Positions 40,290 through 50,745 of a stretch of DNA of 64,000 nucleotides are shown here, in pieces; within the stretch, counting starts at the first letter, position 1, and each line of letters opens with the position of its first letter. Under the pieces are notes generated by a model. That model did not search any database. It was not told the origin of the DNA and saw only the letters and a program-made list of their open reading frames with translations. The DNA comes from Longimicrobiales bacterium (lineage in GTDB: Bacteria > Gemmatimonadota > Gemmatimonadetes > Longimicrobiales > Gaopeijiaceae), in contig OZ241869.1 in NCBI GenBank assembly GCA_965202805.1, positions 2,240,001-2,304,000 on the forward strand. The letters run 5' to 3'. A program made the position numbers and the translations under genes.

Positions 40290-41630
40290 ATGACCATCTC
40301 CCGGTACTCCGGCCGCACGCTGCTGCCTGCCCTGCTGTGCGCCGCCCTGCTGGCTCCCTGCGCGCTGGCGGCGCAGTCGACCAACGGGGACGAACCGGAA
40401 ATCACCTTCACGCGCGACATCGCCCCCATCGTGCAGGAAAACTGCCAGATCTGCCATCGGGAGTCGTCGGTGGCACCGATGTCGTTCGTGACCTACCGGG
40501 ATGTGCGCCGCTACGCCCGCCGCATCCGCGAGCAGGTGTCGCGCCGCCTCATGCCGCCCTACCACCTCGACGTGGGTGTCGGCATCCAGGACATCAAGGA
40601 CGACTGGCGCCTCGAACAGGAGGACATCGAGACCGTCGTCGCCTGGGTGGACGCGGGCGCGCCCGAGGGCGACCCGGCGGACATGCCGCCGCCAATGGAG
40701 TGGCCGAACCGGCAGATGTGGCAGCTGGAGCACATCCTCGGTCCCCCCGACCATGTCATCAAGTCCAAGCCCTTCACGGTTCCGGCCGAGGGCGGCGACA
40801 CCTGGTGGCGGCCGCGCGTCCCGACCGGGCTGGGCGAGGACCGCTGGGTGCGCGCGTTCGAGACGCGGCCCTCCTTCCCCGCCGGTCGCCAGGTGGTGCA
40901 CCACGCCATCCCCAGGCTGCTGAGGCTCAACGAGGAAGGCGAGTATCAGCGTATCGTCAGCCTCTCCGAATACGCCATGGGCAAGGTCGGCGAGATCGTT
41001 CCCGCCGACGCCGGCCGCCTCCTGCAAGCGAACGACCTCATCGAGTGGGACGCCCACTACTATCCCATGGGCTACGAGGTGCCGGACGACCAGGTCGAGC
41101 TCGGCATCTGGTTCCACGAGGAGGGATACACGCCCGAATTCGAGCAGGACCTGCGCCTCTATCCCCTGCGGGGAGACATCGCGCTGGCTCCGGGCGGCAC
41201 GGCGATGACTCAGGGGTTCAAGCGGTGGGACCACCCGGTCCGCCTGGACAGCTTCCAGCCGCACGGGCACGTGCACCTGCACGCCATGTCGATCAAGGCG
41301 ATCTATCCGGACGGCCGTGAGGAACTGATCAGCATGGTGACCGACTTCAACGCGCGCTGGCACCACAGCTACATCTACGGCGACGATGCGGCTCCCCTGC
41401 TCCCCGAGGGAACGGTCCTGGTCATGACAGGCTGGTATGACAACACCGAGGACAACCCGCTCAACCCGGACCCGGAGATCTGGTACGCGCGCGGCGACCG
41501 CACCACGGACGAGATGTCGCACGCCTGGCTCGCCATAACCCACCTGACGGATGAAGGCTACGAACGCCTCGTCGAGGAGCGTGAGGCCAGGGCGCGGGTG
41601 GTGAGCGACGGCAGCAGCGGGTCGCGTTGA
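40290..41630 (+). CDS. Secreted cytochrome c plus copper type II monooxygenase-like protein
   Basis: Signal peptide, CQICH, MPP, VVHHA, QPHGHVH, YDNT..NP.NPDP, DEM. Confidence 0.75.
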   Translation: MTISRYSGRTLLPALLCAALLAPCALAAQSTNGDEPEITFTRDIAPIVQENCQICHRESSVAPMSFVTYRDVRRYARRIREQVSRRLMPPYHLDVGVGIQDIKDDWRLEQEDIETVVAWVDAGAPEGDPADMPPPMEWPNRQMWQLEHILGPPDHVIKSKPFTVPAEGGDTWWRPRVPTGLGEDRWVRAFETRPSFPAGRQVVHHAIPRLLRLNEEGEYQRIVSLSEYAMGKVGEIVPADAGRLLQANDLIEWDAHYYPMGYEVPDDQVELGIWFHEEGYTPEFEQDLRLYPLRGDIALAPGGTAMTQGFKRWDHPVRLDSFQPHGHVHLHAMSIKAIYPDGREELISMVTDFNARWHHSYIYGDDAAPLLPEGTVLVMTGWYDNTEDNPLNPDPEIWYARGDRTTDEMSHAWLAITHLTDEGYERLVEEREARARVVSDGSSGSR

Positions 41631-41786
41631 CGAGATCCGGCCGACTCCGCGCCTGCCTCTCAAGGGGCGCCGGGCCCGGCGTCAGACAAAGAAGGAGCTC
41701 ACCGCGGATGTGGGGGGCTCCTTCCCCATTGTAGTGGACGGCGCACGACAGCCGACCGTGTCCAGTCGATGCTCGGAGAGTGAGAG

Positions 41787-42659
41787 ATGAAAGCCCTGCA
41801 ACCGAGACTTGGCATAGCCACGGCGCTCGCGGTCCTGGCGGCGGTTCCCCTGGGCGCGCAGCAGGTACAGCGACTCCCGCTGGCGCCCATCCCGCCGACG
41901 GGCGAGCCCGTGGCACCCTTCTTCGAGGGCTGGTATCGGAATGACGACGGTACTTTCACCTTCTCCTACGGCTTCTTCAACCTGAACACCGAGGAGATCC
42001 TGGACATCCCGCTCGGCACCGACAACTTCATCGAGCCGGCCGAGTTCGACGGAGACCAGCCCACCCACTTCCCGGTGCGGCCCCGGCGCGACCGCGGGGT
42101 CTTTTCGGTCACCGTGCCCGAGAGCTACGCGGATACCAGCCGGCGGGTGGTGTGGACGATCACGAGCAACGGCGTGACCTACTCCACGCCCGCGCGGGTG
42201 GGGATCGACGCGCTCCAGCTCGACTACGGGCCTCGGGCCATGGGTTCGGTGCCCCCGCTCGTACGGTTCGGAGACGACGGAGAGGTAGGCCAGCATATCC
42301 AGGGCGCGCATTCGGAACCACGCACCGCGACCGTGGGCGAGCCGCTCTCTGTCACCCTGTGGACATCGGAGGTATCGGAGCGCTCCCCGGACGACAACGT
42401 GAACACGGATGTCGAGGTTCGGGTCACCTGGTTCAAACACCAGGGACCGGTCGAGGAAGTGATCTTCGAGCCCCGGCAGATCACGGTTCCCGGCACCGGA
42501 GAAGCCGGCACTCTGGTAACCTTCACCGCCCCCGGCCAATACCTGCTGCGCGCCCGCGTGGACAACTTCAGCGCCAACGACAGCTCGGCAGGCAATCAGT
42601 GCTGCTGGAGCAACGGCTACGTGGCGGTGACCGTCAACGACCCCGCCGGAATGCGATGA
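41787..42659 (+). CDS. Secreted hypothetical protein with C-terminal Ig/PKD-like region
   Basis: Signal peptide, PFFEGWY.N.DG, FTAPGQYLLR, QCCWSNGYV. Confidence 0.75.
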   Translation: MKALQPRLGIATALAVLAAVPLGAQQVQRLPLAPIPPTGEPVAPFFEGWYRNDDGTFTFSYGFFNLNTEEILDIPLGTDNFIEPAEFDGDQPTHFPVRPRRDRGVFSVTVPESYADTSRRVVWTITSNGVTYSTPARVGIDALQLDYGPRAMGSVPPLVRFGDDGEVGQHIQGAHSEPRTATVGEPLSVTLWTSEVSERSPDDNVNTDVEVRVTWFKHQGPVEEVIFEPRQITVPGTGEAGTLVTFTAPGQYLLRARVDNFSANDSSAGNQCCWSNGYVAVTVNDPAGMR

Positions 42660-43153
42660 AGCTGCTCGGCCTCCTGGCCGTGGCGGCGGTGGTCGGTCCC
42701 ACGATTACCGGCGCCACCCCGGCCGCCGCGCAGGAAGCGATGGACCTCGACCGCCTCATCGAGCGCCGGGGCGTCTATCTCGAACCGGGCACCCTCGAAC
42801 CCTACAGCGGCCCGGTGGCGCGCATGTGGACGGCGGACGTCGTGCGCGAAAGAGGCACGCTCGCCGAGGGTCGCTGGACGGGCGTACACGAGTGGTTCCA
42901 CCAGAACGGCCGCCTCTCCGGGCGGGAGACCTGGCAGGACGGCGTCCTGCACGGACCCGCGGAGATGTACTTCAAGTCCGGCGTGCTCTCGGTGCGCGAG
43001 AACTACACAGACGGCGAACTCGACGGGCCCTACGAGTCGTACTGGACGCGCGGGGCGCTGGCCGAGCGGGGCACCTGGCGGGCCGGCGCCCCGTGCGGCG
43101 AGTGGACCAGCTTCGGCCGCTCCGTCGTCTTCCCTTCCTGCGCGCGGCCGTAG
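42656..43153 (+). CDS. Secreted MORN-variant repeat (YwqK-like) protein
   Basis: Signal peptide; repeats FHQNGRL / YFKSGVL / YWTRGAL with DG.LHG / DGELDG. Confidence 0.8.
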   Translation: MKLLGLLAVAAVVGPTITGATPAAAQEAMDLDRLIERRGVYLEPGTLEPYSGPVARMWTADVVRERGTLAEGRWTGVHEWFHQNGRLSGRETWQDGVLHGPAEMYFKSGVLSVRENYTDGELDGPYESYWTRGALAERGTWRAGAPCGEWTSFGRSVVFPSCARP

Positions 43154-43311
43154 GGGAACGCCGAGCGCAACTCGCGGGCAACGGCCGTCCGCCGGATCCC
43201 GCCTCCCCAGTCGAATTCGCCGAGCAACGCCCTGCCGGATCCCGCGTCCGCGGTCGAACTCGCCGATTGCCGCCTTGCCGGGTTCCGCCTGGCAGCCGGT
43301 TGGGCGGCTCC

Positions 43312-44562
43312 CTACGCCGCCTGCATGGAATCCAGGAACTCCCGGTTGGTTTCCGTGCGGTTCATGCGCTCGATCAGGAACTGGATGGCCTCGGCGACCG
43401 GCATGTTGGAGAGGAAGTTGCGCAGCAGGTACACCCGGTTGCGCTCGGTTTCGGTGAGCAGCAGCTCTTCCTTGCGGGTGCCGGACCGGTTGATGTCGAT
43501 GGCCGGGAAGACGCGTTTGTCGGAGATGTTGCGGTCGAGCACCAGTTCCATGTTGCCGGTGCCCTTGAACTCCTCGAAGATCACTTCGTCCATCCGGCTT
43601 CCGGTCTCGATCAGGGCGGTGGCGATGATGGTGAACGACCCGCCCCCCTCGATGTTGCGCGCGGCTCCGAAGAACCTCTTCGGCTTGTGCAGCGCGTTGG
43701 AGTCCACGCCCCCCGACAGGATCTTCCCGGAGTGCGGCACGGTGACGTTGTAGGCACGCGCCAGGCGGGTGATCGAGTCCAGCAGGATCACGACATCCCT
43801 GCCGTGCTCGACCAGCCTCTTGGCCTTCTCCAGCACCATCTCCGCGACCTGCGTGTGACGGTCCGCCGACTCGTCGAAGGTTGAGGCGATTACCTCGGCG
43901 TCGACGTTCTCCTCCATGTCGGTGACTTCCTCCGGCCGTTCATCGATGAGCAGCACGATCAGGTGCACCTCGGGGTGATTCTCGCTGATCGAGTTGGCCA
44001 CCTTCTGCAGCAGCATGGTCTTGCCCGCTTTCGGCGGGGAGGTGATCAGCCCCCGCTGCCCCTTGCCGATGGGAGCGACGAGGTCCACCACGCGCGTGGA
44101 CATGTCACCCCTGGAGCACTCCAGCCGCAGACGTTCGTCAGGATAGCGCGGACGCAGGTTGTCGAACGTCATCCGATGTCTGGCCCTGTCGGGCGGAGCG
44201 AAGTTGACGTTCTCGACCTTGAGCAGCGCCAAGTAGCGCTCACCCTCCTTGGGGGGGCGCACCTGACCCAGGATGGTATCGCCGGTGCGCAGGTCGAATC
44301 GCTTGATCTGCGAAGGACTTACGTAGATGTCGTCAGGGCCGTAGAGGTAGTTCCAGCTCTGCGAGCGCAGGAATCCGTAGCCCTCGGGGAGGATTTCAAG
44401 CACGCCTTCGCCGCGAAGCACGACATCGCTGTCGAGGAGCTTGTGTTCGATGCGAAAGATGAGATCCTGCTTCCGCAGCCCGGAATAGTTGGGGATGCGC
44501 AGTTCGCTTGCCAGCTCATGAAGCTCGCTGACCTTCTTGCTCTTGAGTTCGGCGATGTCCAA
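43312..44562 (-). CDS. rho: Transcription termination factor Rho (TTG start)
   Basis: [61 protein letters not shown] precedes the TTG. Confidence 0.97.
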   Translation of the reverse strand: MDIAELKSKKVSELHELASELRIPNYSGLRKQDLIFRIEHKLLDSDVVLRGEGVLEILPEGYGFLRSQSWNYLYGPDDIYVSPSQIKRFDLRTGDTILGQVRPPKEGERYLALLKVENVNFAPPDRARHRMTFDNLRPRYPDERLRLECSRGDMSTRVVDLVAPIGKGQRGLITSPPKAGKTMLLQKVANSISENHPEVHLIVLLIDERPEEVTDMEENVDAEVIASTFDESADRHTQVAEMVLEKAKRLVEHGRDVVILLDSITRLARAYNVTVPHSGKILSGGVDSNALHKPKRFFGAARNIEGGGSFTIIATALIETGSRMDEVIFEEFKGTGNMELVLDRNISDKRVFPAIDINRSGTRKEELLLTETERNRVYLLRNFLSNMPVAEAIQFLIERMNRTETNREFLDSMQAA

Positions 44563-44706
44563 GGGGAACTCCGATCGGAAAGGCGGGGGGCGCGACCGTG
44601 AACACGGCGGCGCTGGCAGGGTGGTGTCGGGCGGGCTGTGGGCGGGAGGCGAGCGGGAGGCGTTGAGGTGCTTGGGCGGGGCTTGCATCCTCGGTGGGTC
44701 GCCGGG

Positions 44707-44735
44707 ATGTTAAGCGGGCCAATTCAGGGGGTCAA
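44707..44735 (-). promoter_or_regulatory. Sigma-70 type promoter for rho
   Basis: Minus strand reads TTGACC-17 nt-TAACAT, about 145 nt upstream of the rho start. Confidence 0.7.
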
Positions 44736-44750
44736 GGGATCGGAGGCGCC

Positions 44751-45110
44751 TTGCCGAGACACAACCGGGAGGGTCGGGGACGGGATCAGCGGGGCTTCCC
44801 CTATGCGATCAGCTACCAGCCCGACTGCCTGAGGCGCATCACGGTGACCCGTTGCCTGGCGTCGGGGAGGCAGTCCACGAAGACCCTCTTCCGCAATCCC
44901 GCTTCCTTCCGTCAGGCGTCTCCGGGGAAGCGGGTTCGCACCCGGATCACCTCGCCCGAGCAGGGCATCGACCTCGAGATTGCGGTAAGCGGCGCCCGGA
45001 CCTCGGTGACGCGTGTCCAGGTCGCGTGCCACCTGCCCTCCGGACATCCGGCGACCAGAGACGACGAGGTCGTCTTCACGCTGGAAAGCGGGCTCCCCCC
45101 TCCCCCGTAG
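44751..45110 (+). CDS. Hypothetical protein divergent from rho
   Basis: GGAGG then TTG at 44751; strongly G/C third positions in this frame; MPRHNREG...YQPD...SGRQSTKTLFRNP. Confidence 0.55.
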   Translation: MPRHNREGRGRDQRGFPYAISYQPDCLRRITVTRCLASGRQSTKTLFRNPASFRQASPGKRVRTRITSPEQGIDLEIAVSGARTSVTRVQVACHLPSGHPATRDDEVVFTLESGLPPPP

Positions 45111-45197
45111 AAGGGTACGCCGGACCGGGACATTTTCGGAGGCGAACGGAGTATCCGGAGTGACACCTGGACCCCGATTTCCTCTATCTTCAAGCAT

Positions 45198-45980
45198 ATG
45201 CCGGGCAAGACGCTGGATTTCGTCGGCGCCACTGGGCGCGCAGCCGTACGTTTCGCGGCGACGGTGGGCGAGTGGGGCGTCCTCATGCAGGACACCATCC
45301 GCGGCCTGCGCGCGGTCCGGATCTGGGGGAAGCTGGTCTTCGAACAGATGATGCGCATCGGCGTCGATTCGGTGCCCATCGCGCTCTTCATCGCCGCCTT
45401 CACCGGCATCGTGCTCGCGCTTCAGGCCTCCTACACCTTCACGGGGGCTGTTCCGGTCTACCTGGTGGGCAGCCTGGTGGGAAAGACCATGATCATCGAG
45501 CTGGGACCGGTGCTGACCGGGCTGGCGCTGGCCGGTCGCGTGGGGGCGAGCATCGCCGCGGAGCTGGGGACCATGCGGGTGACCGAGCAGATCGACGCGC
45601 TCGAGACCATGGCCTACGATCCGGCGGCGTACCTGGTGCTCCCCCGGGTGCTCGCGGGCGCGGTGATGTTCCCGGCGGTGACCCTGCTGGCGTCGGCACT
45701 GGGCATCGTGGCCGGCTGGCTGACCGCCATTCAGCTGCTGGACATGTCCACGCCCGAGTTCGTGCGGGGACTCGAGACCTTCTTCGTGCCCTTCGACGTG
45801 GTCTTTTCGGTGATCAAGTCGTTCTCGTTCGGTCTGGCGGTGACATCGCTGGGGTGCTTTTTCGGCTTCCGCACCCGTGGAGGCGCCGCGGGAGTGGGGC
45901 GCGCCGCCACTTCGGCCGTGGTCGCAAGCAGCATGGTTATCCTGGTGTTCGACGCCTTCTGGGCCGCCGTACTGCTGTGA
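45198..45980 (+). CDS. mlaE: MlaE family ABC transporter permease
   Basis: ELGPVLTGL, GRVGASIAAELGTMRVTEQIDALE, GVGRAATSAVV. Confidence 0.93.
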   Translation: MPGKTLDFVGATGRAAVRFAATVGEWGVLMQDTIRGLRAVRIWGKLVFEQMMRIGVDSVPIALFIAAFTGIVLALQASYTFTGAVPVYLVGSLVGKTMIIELGPVLTGLALAGRVGASIAAELGTMRVTEQIDALETMAYDPAAYLVLPRVLAGAVMFPAVTLLASALGIVAGWLTAIQLLDMSTPEFVRGLETFFVPFDVVFSVIKSFSFGLAVTSLGCFFGFRTRGGAAGVGRAATSAVVASSMVILVFDAFWAAVLL

Positions 45981-46723
45981 TCCGCCTGCGCGGCGTGCAC
46001 AAGGCGTTCGGCAGGAAAGTCGTGCTGGACGGCTTTGACCTGGACGTTCCCGAGGGGGATACGGTAGCGCTGATCGGCGCCTCCGGGGCGGGCAAGTCGG
46101 TCGTGCTGAAGCATATCGTGGGATTGCTCGCCGCCGACAGGGGAAGCGTGACCGTCGACGGTCACGAGGTTGGCGAACTGGAACAGGAGGCGTTGTACGC
46201 ACTGCGGCGCAGGGTTGGCTACGTCTTTCAGTTCGCGGCCCTCTTCGATTCCATGACGCTCGCGCACAACGTGGAGATGGGGCTGCGCCGGATGCCCGGC
46301 CTGAGTCGCCGGGATATCCGCAGAAGGGCCGCCGAGTGCCTGGAGCTTGTGGACCTGGGAGGATTGGGAGACCGTTATCCGGCGGAGATCTCCGGGGGGC
46401 AGCGCAAGAGAGCCGGGATCGCGCGTGCGATCGCGACCCGCCCCCGTTATCTGCTCTACGACGAGCCCACCACCGGACTCGATCCGGTGACGACGACTGT
46501 GATCGCCCGCCTGATCCTCAGGTTGCGGGAAGAGATCGGGGCCACCGGACTGGTAGTCACGCACGATCTCGGGACCGCTTACGAGGTGGCCGACTCCATG
46601 GCGTTCCTGCACAACGGGCGGGTGCGGGCCCATGGCGCGCCGGGTGAAATCCGGCTCTCCCGGGATCCCGTGGTCAGGTCGTTCATCGAAGGGGCTCCGG
46701 AACTGATGGAGGCGATGGCATGA
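45977..46723 (+). CDS. mlaF: MlaF family ABC transporter ATPase
   Basis: GASGAGKS, VFQFAALFDSM, ISGGQRKR, LYDEPTTGLDP, VVTHD. Confidence 0.92.
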   Translation: MIRLRGVHKAFGRKVVLDGFDLDVPEGDTVALIGASGAGKSVVLKHIVGLLAADRGSVTVDGHEVGELEQEALYALRRRVGYVFQFAALFDSMTLAHNVEMGLRRMPGLSRRDIRRRAAECLELVDLGGLGDRYPAEISGGQRKRAGIARAIATRPRYLLYDEPTTGLDPVTTTVIARLILRLREEIGATGLVVTHDLGTAYEVADSMAFLHNGRVRAHGAPGEIRLSRDPVVRSFIEGAPELMEAMA

Positions 46724-47706
46724 GACGCAATGAGGTGTGGGTCGGGTCCGTCATCCTGCTGAGCGTCGTGGTCGCGGTGGCGGGCAGTTTCTGGCTGCGC
46801 GGGTACCGCCTGACGCGGGGCACGACCACGGTCGAGGCGCTCTTCAGCGGCGTGGGGCAGCTCATGGACGGCGCCTCGGTGAAGCTGCGCGGCGTGACCA
46901 TCGGGCGAGTAGACGGTATCGCCGTGGAGCCGGACGGGACCGCGGTGCGGGTGGGGCTCGCCATCAACACCGACGTGGAGTTGCCCGCCGACGCCGCGGT
47001 GCTCATCGCCCCCGAATCGATGTTCGGCGACTGGGGCGCGGAGATCGTGTCGCGATCCGCCAACCCGCGCCTCGACTTCTTCGAGCCTTCGGACTCCGGC
47101 GTATTGCCCGGCTTCAGCATCCCCGACCTGTCCCGCCTCACCGCCACCGCCGACCAGATCGCCGACAACCTGGCCACCATCACCGACCGGGTCGAGGTCG
47201 CCTTTACCCAGGAGACCGCCGAGAACCTGAGGCTGGTGATCGAGAACGTCGGCAGAGTCAGCGAGCAGGTGGCGGAGCTCGCCGACGCCCAGATCGGGGC
47301 GGTGGAAGAGCTGGTCGAGAACGTTCGCACCTCCACCGGCGAGGTCCAGGAGGCGGCGGCGCTGGCGACCCGTACGCTCGCCGAGGTGGAGAGGCTGCTC
47401 ACGGGCGGCGTCGTGGATTCCATCGTGGGCGACACCCGCGTCACCGCTGCCGAGTTCCGGCAGTTGGCCACCGATCTGCGCGAGACCACGACCGGGCTCG
47501 CGACCACGCTGCAGTTCGCCGACTCCACCTTCGTCCGCTTCGAGCGCATCGGACGCGAGCTGGAGACCGGGGAGGGGACGCTGGCCCAACTCCTGGCCGA
47601 CTCCACGGTTGCCGTCCAGACGCAGTCCGTGCTCATGCAGCTCAGCCTGCTGCTCGAGGACTTCCGCGAAAACCCGGGGCGCTACGTGCGCCTGTCCATC
47701 TTCTGA
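46720..47706 (+). CDS. mlaD: MlaD/MCE family protein
   Basis: N-terminal TM, GASVKLRGVTIGRV MCE motif, helical tail ending DFRENPGRY. Confidence 0.88.
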   Translation: MRRNEVWVGSVILLSVVVAVAGSFWLRGYRLTRGTTTVEALFSGVGQLMDGASVKLRGVTIGRVDGIAVEPDGTAVRVGLAINTDVELPADAAVLIAPESMFGDWGAEIVSRSANPRLDFFEPSDSGVLPGFSIPDLSRLTATADQIADNLATITDRVEVAFTQETAENLRLVIENVGRVSEQVAELADAQIGAVEELVENVRTSTGEVQEAAALATRTLAEVERLLTGGVVDSIVGDTRVTAAEFRQLATDLRETTTGLATTLQFADSTFVRFERIGRELETGEGTLAQLLADSTVAVQTQSVLMQLSLLLEDFRENPGRYVRLSIF

Positions 47707-47708
47707 CG

Positions 47709-48713
47709 ATGAAGGACATCGTCGACCTGACCATCATCGGCGGAGGCCCGACCGGCCTCTTCGGCGCCTTCTACGCCGGGATGCGCGGGATGACCTGCCG
47801 CATCGTCGACTCGCTGCCCGAGCTGGGAGGGCAGCTCACCGCACTCTATCCCGAAAAATTCATTTTCGACGTGGGCGGCTTCCCGAAGGTGCGCGCCAAG
47901 AACCTGGCCCGGGAGCTGGTGGACCAGGGGCTGCAGTTCGGCGCCGAAGTGGTTCTGGACGAGGAGGTGCGCGGGCTCCGGGAGGAGGACGGCGTCTTCG
48001 TGCTCGAGGGCGCCTCGGCGGAGTACCGCACCCGCACGGTGCTGATCGCCGGCGGCAAGGGCGCCTTCGAACCCATGGTGCTGAAGTGCCCCGGCTACGA
48101 GGAACTGCTGGGCCGGGGGGTCGAGTACTCGGTGCGCGATCCCGAGGTCTATCGGGGAAAGCGGGTCGTGATCGTCGGAGGAGGCGATTCCGCCCTGGAC
48201 TGGGCACTCATCCTGAAGGACATCGTCGAGCGGCTGGTCGTCGTGCACAGACGCGCCGTATTCCGGGCCCACGAGACATCCGTCGTCCACCTCCACGAGG
48301 CGGCCGAAGCGGGCGAACTGGACCTCAGGATCTTCTGGGAAGTGCGCGAGATCCGCGGCAACGGGAGGGTCGAAGGCTGCACCATCTTCGACAACCGAAG
48401 CGATGCGGAGGAGTCCTTCGAGGCGGATGCGGTGCTGACGTTCCTGGGCTTCAAACCGGACCTGGGGCCGATCAGGAGCTGGGGACTCGAAGTAGACAAG
48501 AAGCGTATTGTGGTCGGCCAGTTGATGGAGACGAGCTGGCCGGGCGTCTACGCCGCCGGGGACCTGGTCAGCTACCCGGGCAAGCTCGACCTCATCGCCA
48601 CCGGCTTTGCCGAGGCGGCAATCGCCGTGAACAACGCGATTCGCCGGGTGGACCCGAAGGCGCGCGTGAACCCCGGGCACTCGACCAACCTCAAGATCTT
48701 CAAGGACAAGTAG
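47709..48713 (+). CDS. TrxB-like ferredoxin--NADP+ reductase (YumC type)
   Basis: [53 protein letters not shown]; no CxxC. Confidence 0.88.
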   Translation: MKDIVDLTIIGGGPTGLFGAFYAGMRGMTCRIVDSLPELGGQLTALYPEKFIFDVGGFPKVRAKNLARELVDQGLQFGAEVVLDEEVRGLREEDGVFVLEGASAEYRTRTVLIAGGKGAFEPMVLKCPGYEELLGRGVEYSVRDPEVYRGKRVVIVGGGDSALDWALILKDIVERLVVVHRRAVFRAHETSVVHLHEAAEAGELDLRIFWEVREIRGNGRVEGCTIFDNRSDAEESFEADAVLTFLGFKPDLGPIRSWGLEVDKKRIVVGQLMETSWPGVYAAGDLVSYPGKLDLIATGFAEAAIAVNNAIRRVDPKARVNPGHSTNLKIFKDK

Positions 48714-48759
48714 CCGACACCCTGCTGCGGGTTTTCGGTTTTCGAATACAGGAAAAGGG

Positions 48760-49749
48760 ATGAAGATGACAGCAAAGCACGAACGGGTCGTGATCATCGG
48801 GTCCGGGCCGGCCGCATGGACGGCGGCCATCTACGCGGCGCGGGCCGCGCTTTCGCCGCTCGTCGTGGAGGGTGCCGGCAGCCGCACCATGATCCCCGGT
48901 GGACAGCTCATGTTCACGACCGATGTCGAGAACTACCCCGGGTTCCCGAAGGGCGTGACCGGCCCCGAGATGATGGACGCCTTCCGCGCGCAGGCGCTGC
49001 GCTTCGACACGCGCGTGATCACCGATGACATCGTGGAGGTGGAGCTGGTCCGTCAACCCAAGCGCCTGGTGACCGGGCGGGGCGACGAGCTCCTGACAGA
49101 CTCGGTGATCGTGGCCACCGGCGCCAACGCACGCTGGCTCGGGGTTCCCAACGAGGAGCGCCTGGCCCAGAGCGGGGGCGGCGTGTCCGCGTGCGCCGTG
49201 TGCGACGGGGCGCTTCCGTACTTCCGCGGCCAGGTCGTGGCCGTGGTCGGCGGCGGCGACAGCGCCATCGAGGACGCCACCTACATGGCGAAATTCGCGG
49301 GCCGCGTGATCGTGATTCATCGGCGCGACCGGCTGCGCGCCTCGGCGATCATGCAGCAGCGCGCCTTCGACAACGAGAAGATCGAGTTCCTGTGGAACAA
49401 GGTGGTGACCGAGGTGCTGGGCGACGAGGTGATCACCGGGCTGCGGCTGAGGGACACGGTCACGGGGGAGGAAAGCACGCTCGAGGCGGGCGGGATGTTC
49501 GTCGCCATCGGCCACATCCCCAACACGGGGTTTCTGAACGGCCAGGTTGAACTCAAGGCGAACGGCTACATCGAGCTGCCCACCGCGTGGCGGACGGAGA
49601 CCTCCCTGCCCGGCGTGTTCGCCGCCGGCGACGTCATGGACGACTACTACCGCCAGGCGGTGAGCGCCGCGGGGACGGGCTGCATGGCCGCCCTGGACGC
49701 CGAGCGCTGGCTGGCGCACGGGGGCCCGGCGGAAAACGGCGCCTCGTAG
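48760..49749 (+). CDS. trxB: Thioredoxin-disulfide reductase
   Basis: [43 protein letters not shown]. Confidence 0.95.
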   Translation: MKMTAKHERVVIIGSGPAAWTAAIYAARAALSPLVVEGAGSRTMIPGGQLMFTTDVENYPGFPKGVTGPEMMDAFRAQALRFDTRVITDDIVEVELVRQPKRLVTGRGDELLTDSVIVATGANARWLGVPNEERLAQSGGGVSACAVCDGALPYFRGQVVAVVGGGDSAIEDATYMAKFAGRVIVIHRRDRLRASAIMQQRAFDNEKIEFLWNKVVTEVLGDEVITGLRLRDTVTGEESTLEAGGMFVAIGHIPNTGFLNGQVELKANGYIELPTAWRTETSLPGVFAAGDVMDDYYRQAVSAAGTGCMAALDAERWLAHGGPAENGAS

Positions 49750-49781
49750 CGGGCGGGGCCGTGCCCGGGACCGACGGCGGC

Positions 49782-49811
49782 CCGGCGTTCGCCGACGCCG
49801 GATTCTCCTTT
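49782..49811. terminator. Possible terminator hairpin between convergent trxB and SDR genes
   Basis: CCGGCGT-TCGCCG-ACGCCGG stem followed by ATTCTCCTTT; weak U tract. Confidence 0.3.
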
Positions 49812-49816
49812 GGGCG

Positions 49817-50620
49817 TCAGGTGGCGGCGTGCGCGCCCCCGTCCACCACGACCACCTCGCCGGTCATGAAGGGCGAGCGGTCGAGAAACACCACCGTGCG
49901 TGCGACGTCCCCGGGTGATCCCCAGCCGCCCAGGGGGATGCGCGCGGCGGCGGCCCGGATGGCTTCCGGGGAGGCGTCCTCCTCGGGGAGCACGGAACCG
50001 GGCGCGATCGCGTTGACCCGCACGCGGGGGGCCAGCGCCCGGGCCGCCACCCGGGTGAGGTGGGCGAGCGCGGCCTTGGAGACCGAGTGGTGGGGGTAGC
50101 GCAACCACGGCCTCAGCGCCGACAGGTCGACGATGTTGACCACGTTGCCCCGGCTGGCTGCGAGCGCCGCCGCGGTGGCCTGGATGAGCAGGAAGGGCGC
50201 CTTCAGGTTGACCGCCATCACCTGGTCCCACTCCTCCTCGCCGACCTGGTCGAACGGCGTGGCGAAGAAGGTGGAGGCATTGTTGACCAGCAGGTCGAGG
50301 CGCCCCCACGCGGTGGTCGCGGCCGCGGCCAGCTGCCGCGTGCCGGCGCTGGTGGAAAGGTCGGCCCGGACGGCGAGGGCACGCCGCCCCCCGCCCTCCA
50401 CCTCCGCCACGACCTCGCGCGCGGCGGCGGCGGATCCGTGGTATCCGACCACCACGTCGAGGCCCGCATCCGCCAGGGCCAGGGTGATGGCGCGCCCGAC
50501 GCGCACCGCTCCGCCCGTCACCAGAGCCACCCTGTTCCCGGGGCGCGGGGCGTCGTTTTCGGTGGGCGCGCGGCCGGTCGCGGACGGCTTTGGACCGCCC
50601 GTGGAGGGGGAGTCGTTCAC
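49817..50620 (-). CDS. SDR oxidoreductase, pteridine reductase/FolM-like
   Basis: VTGGAVRVG, LVNNAS, VNIVD, HSVSKAAL (YxxxK Tyr replaced by His), RVNAIAPG. Confidence 0.85.
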   Translation of the reverse strand: MNDSPSTGGPKPSATGRAPTENDAPRPGNRVALVTGGAVRVGRAITLALADAGLDVVVGYHGSAAAAREVVAEVEGGGRRALAVRADLSTSAGTRQLAAAATTAWGRLDLLVNNASTFFATPFDQVGEEEWDQVMAVNLKAPFLLIQATAAALAASRGNVVNIVDLSALRPWLRYPHHSVSKAALAHLTRVAARALAPRVRVNAIAPGSVLPEEDASPEAIRAAAARIPLGGWGSPGDVARTVVFLDRSPFMTGEVVVVDGGAHAAT

Positions 50621-50745
50621 CGGTGTCGGACCCCCCTTTTCCTCCGGGCCGCGCGAGGCCACCATTCGAGTCTGCGGACGCCCGCAAAGGGCGCCCTGAA
50701 GGAACCCGGAGAAGCTACAGGAGCCCGCAGCAGGCGGCAAACGAG

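Noticed and set aside
41691..41724. Hairpin GAAGGAGC...GCTCCTTC as a riboswitch or terminator
   Set aside because: No U tract and no recognisable aptamer motif; may be only an intercistronic stem.
42656..43153. YwqK-type antitoxin of a toxin-antitoxin pair
   Set aside because: It has a signal peptide and no neighbouring toxin; MORN-variant repeats alone do not imply TA function.
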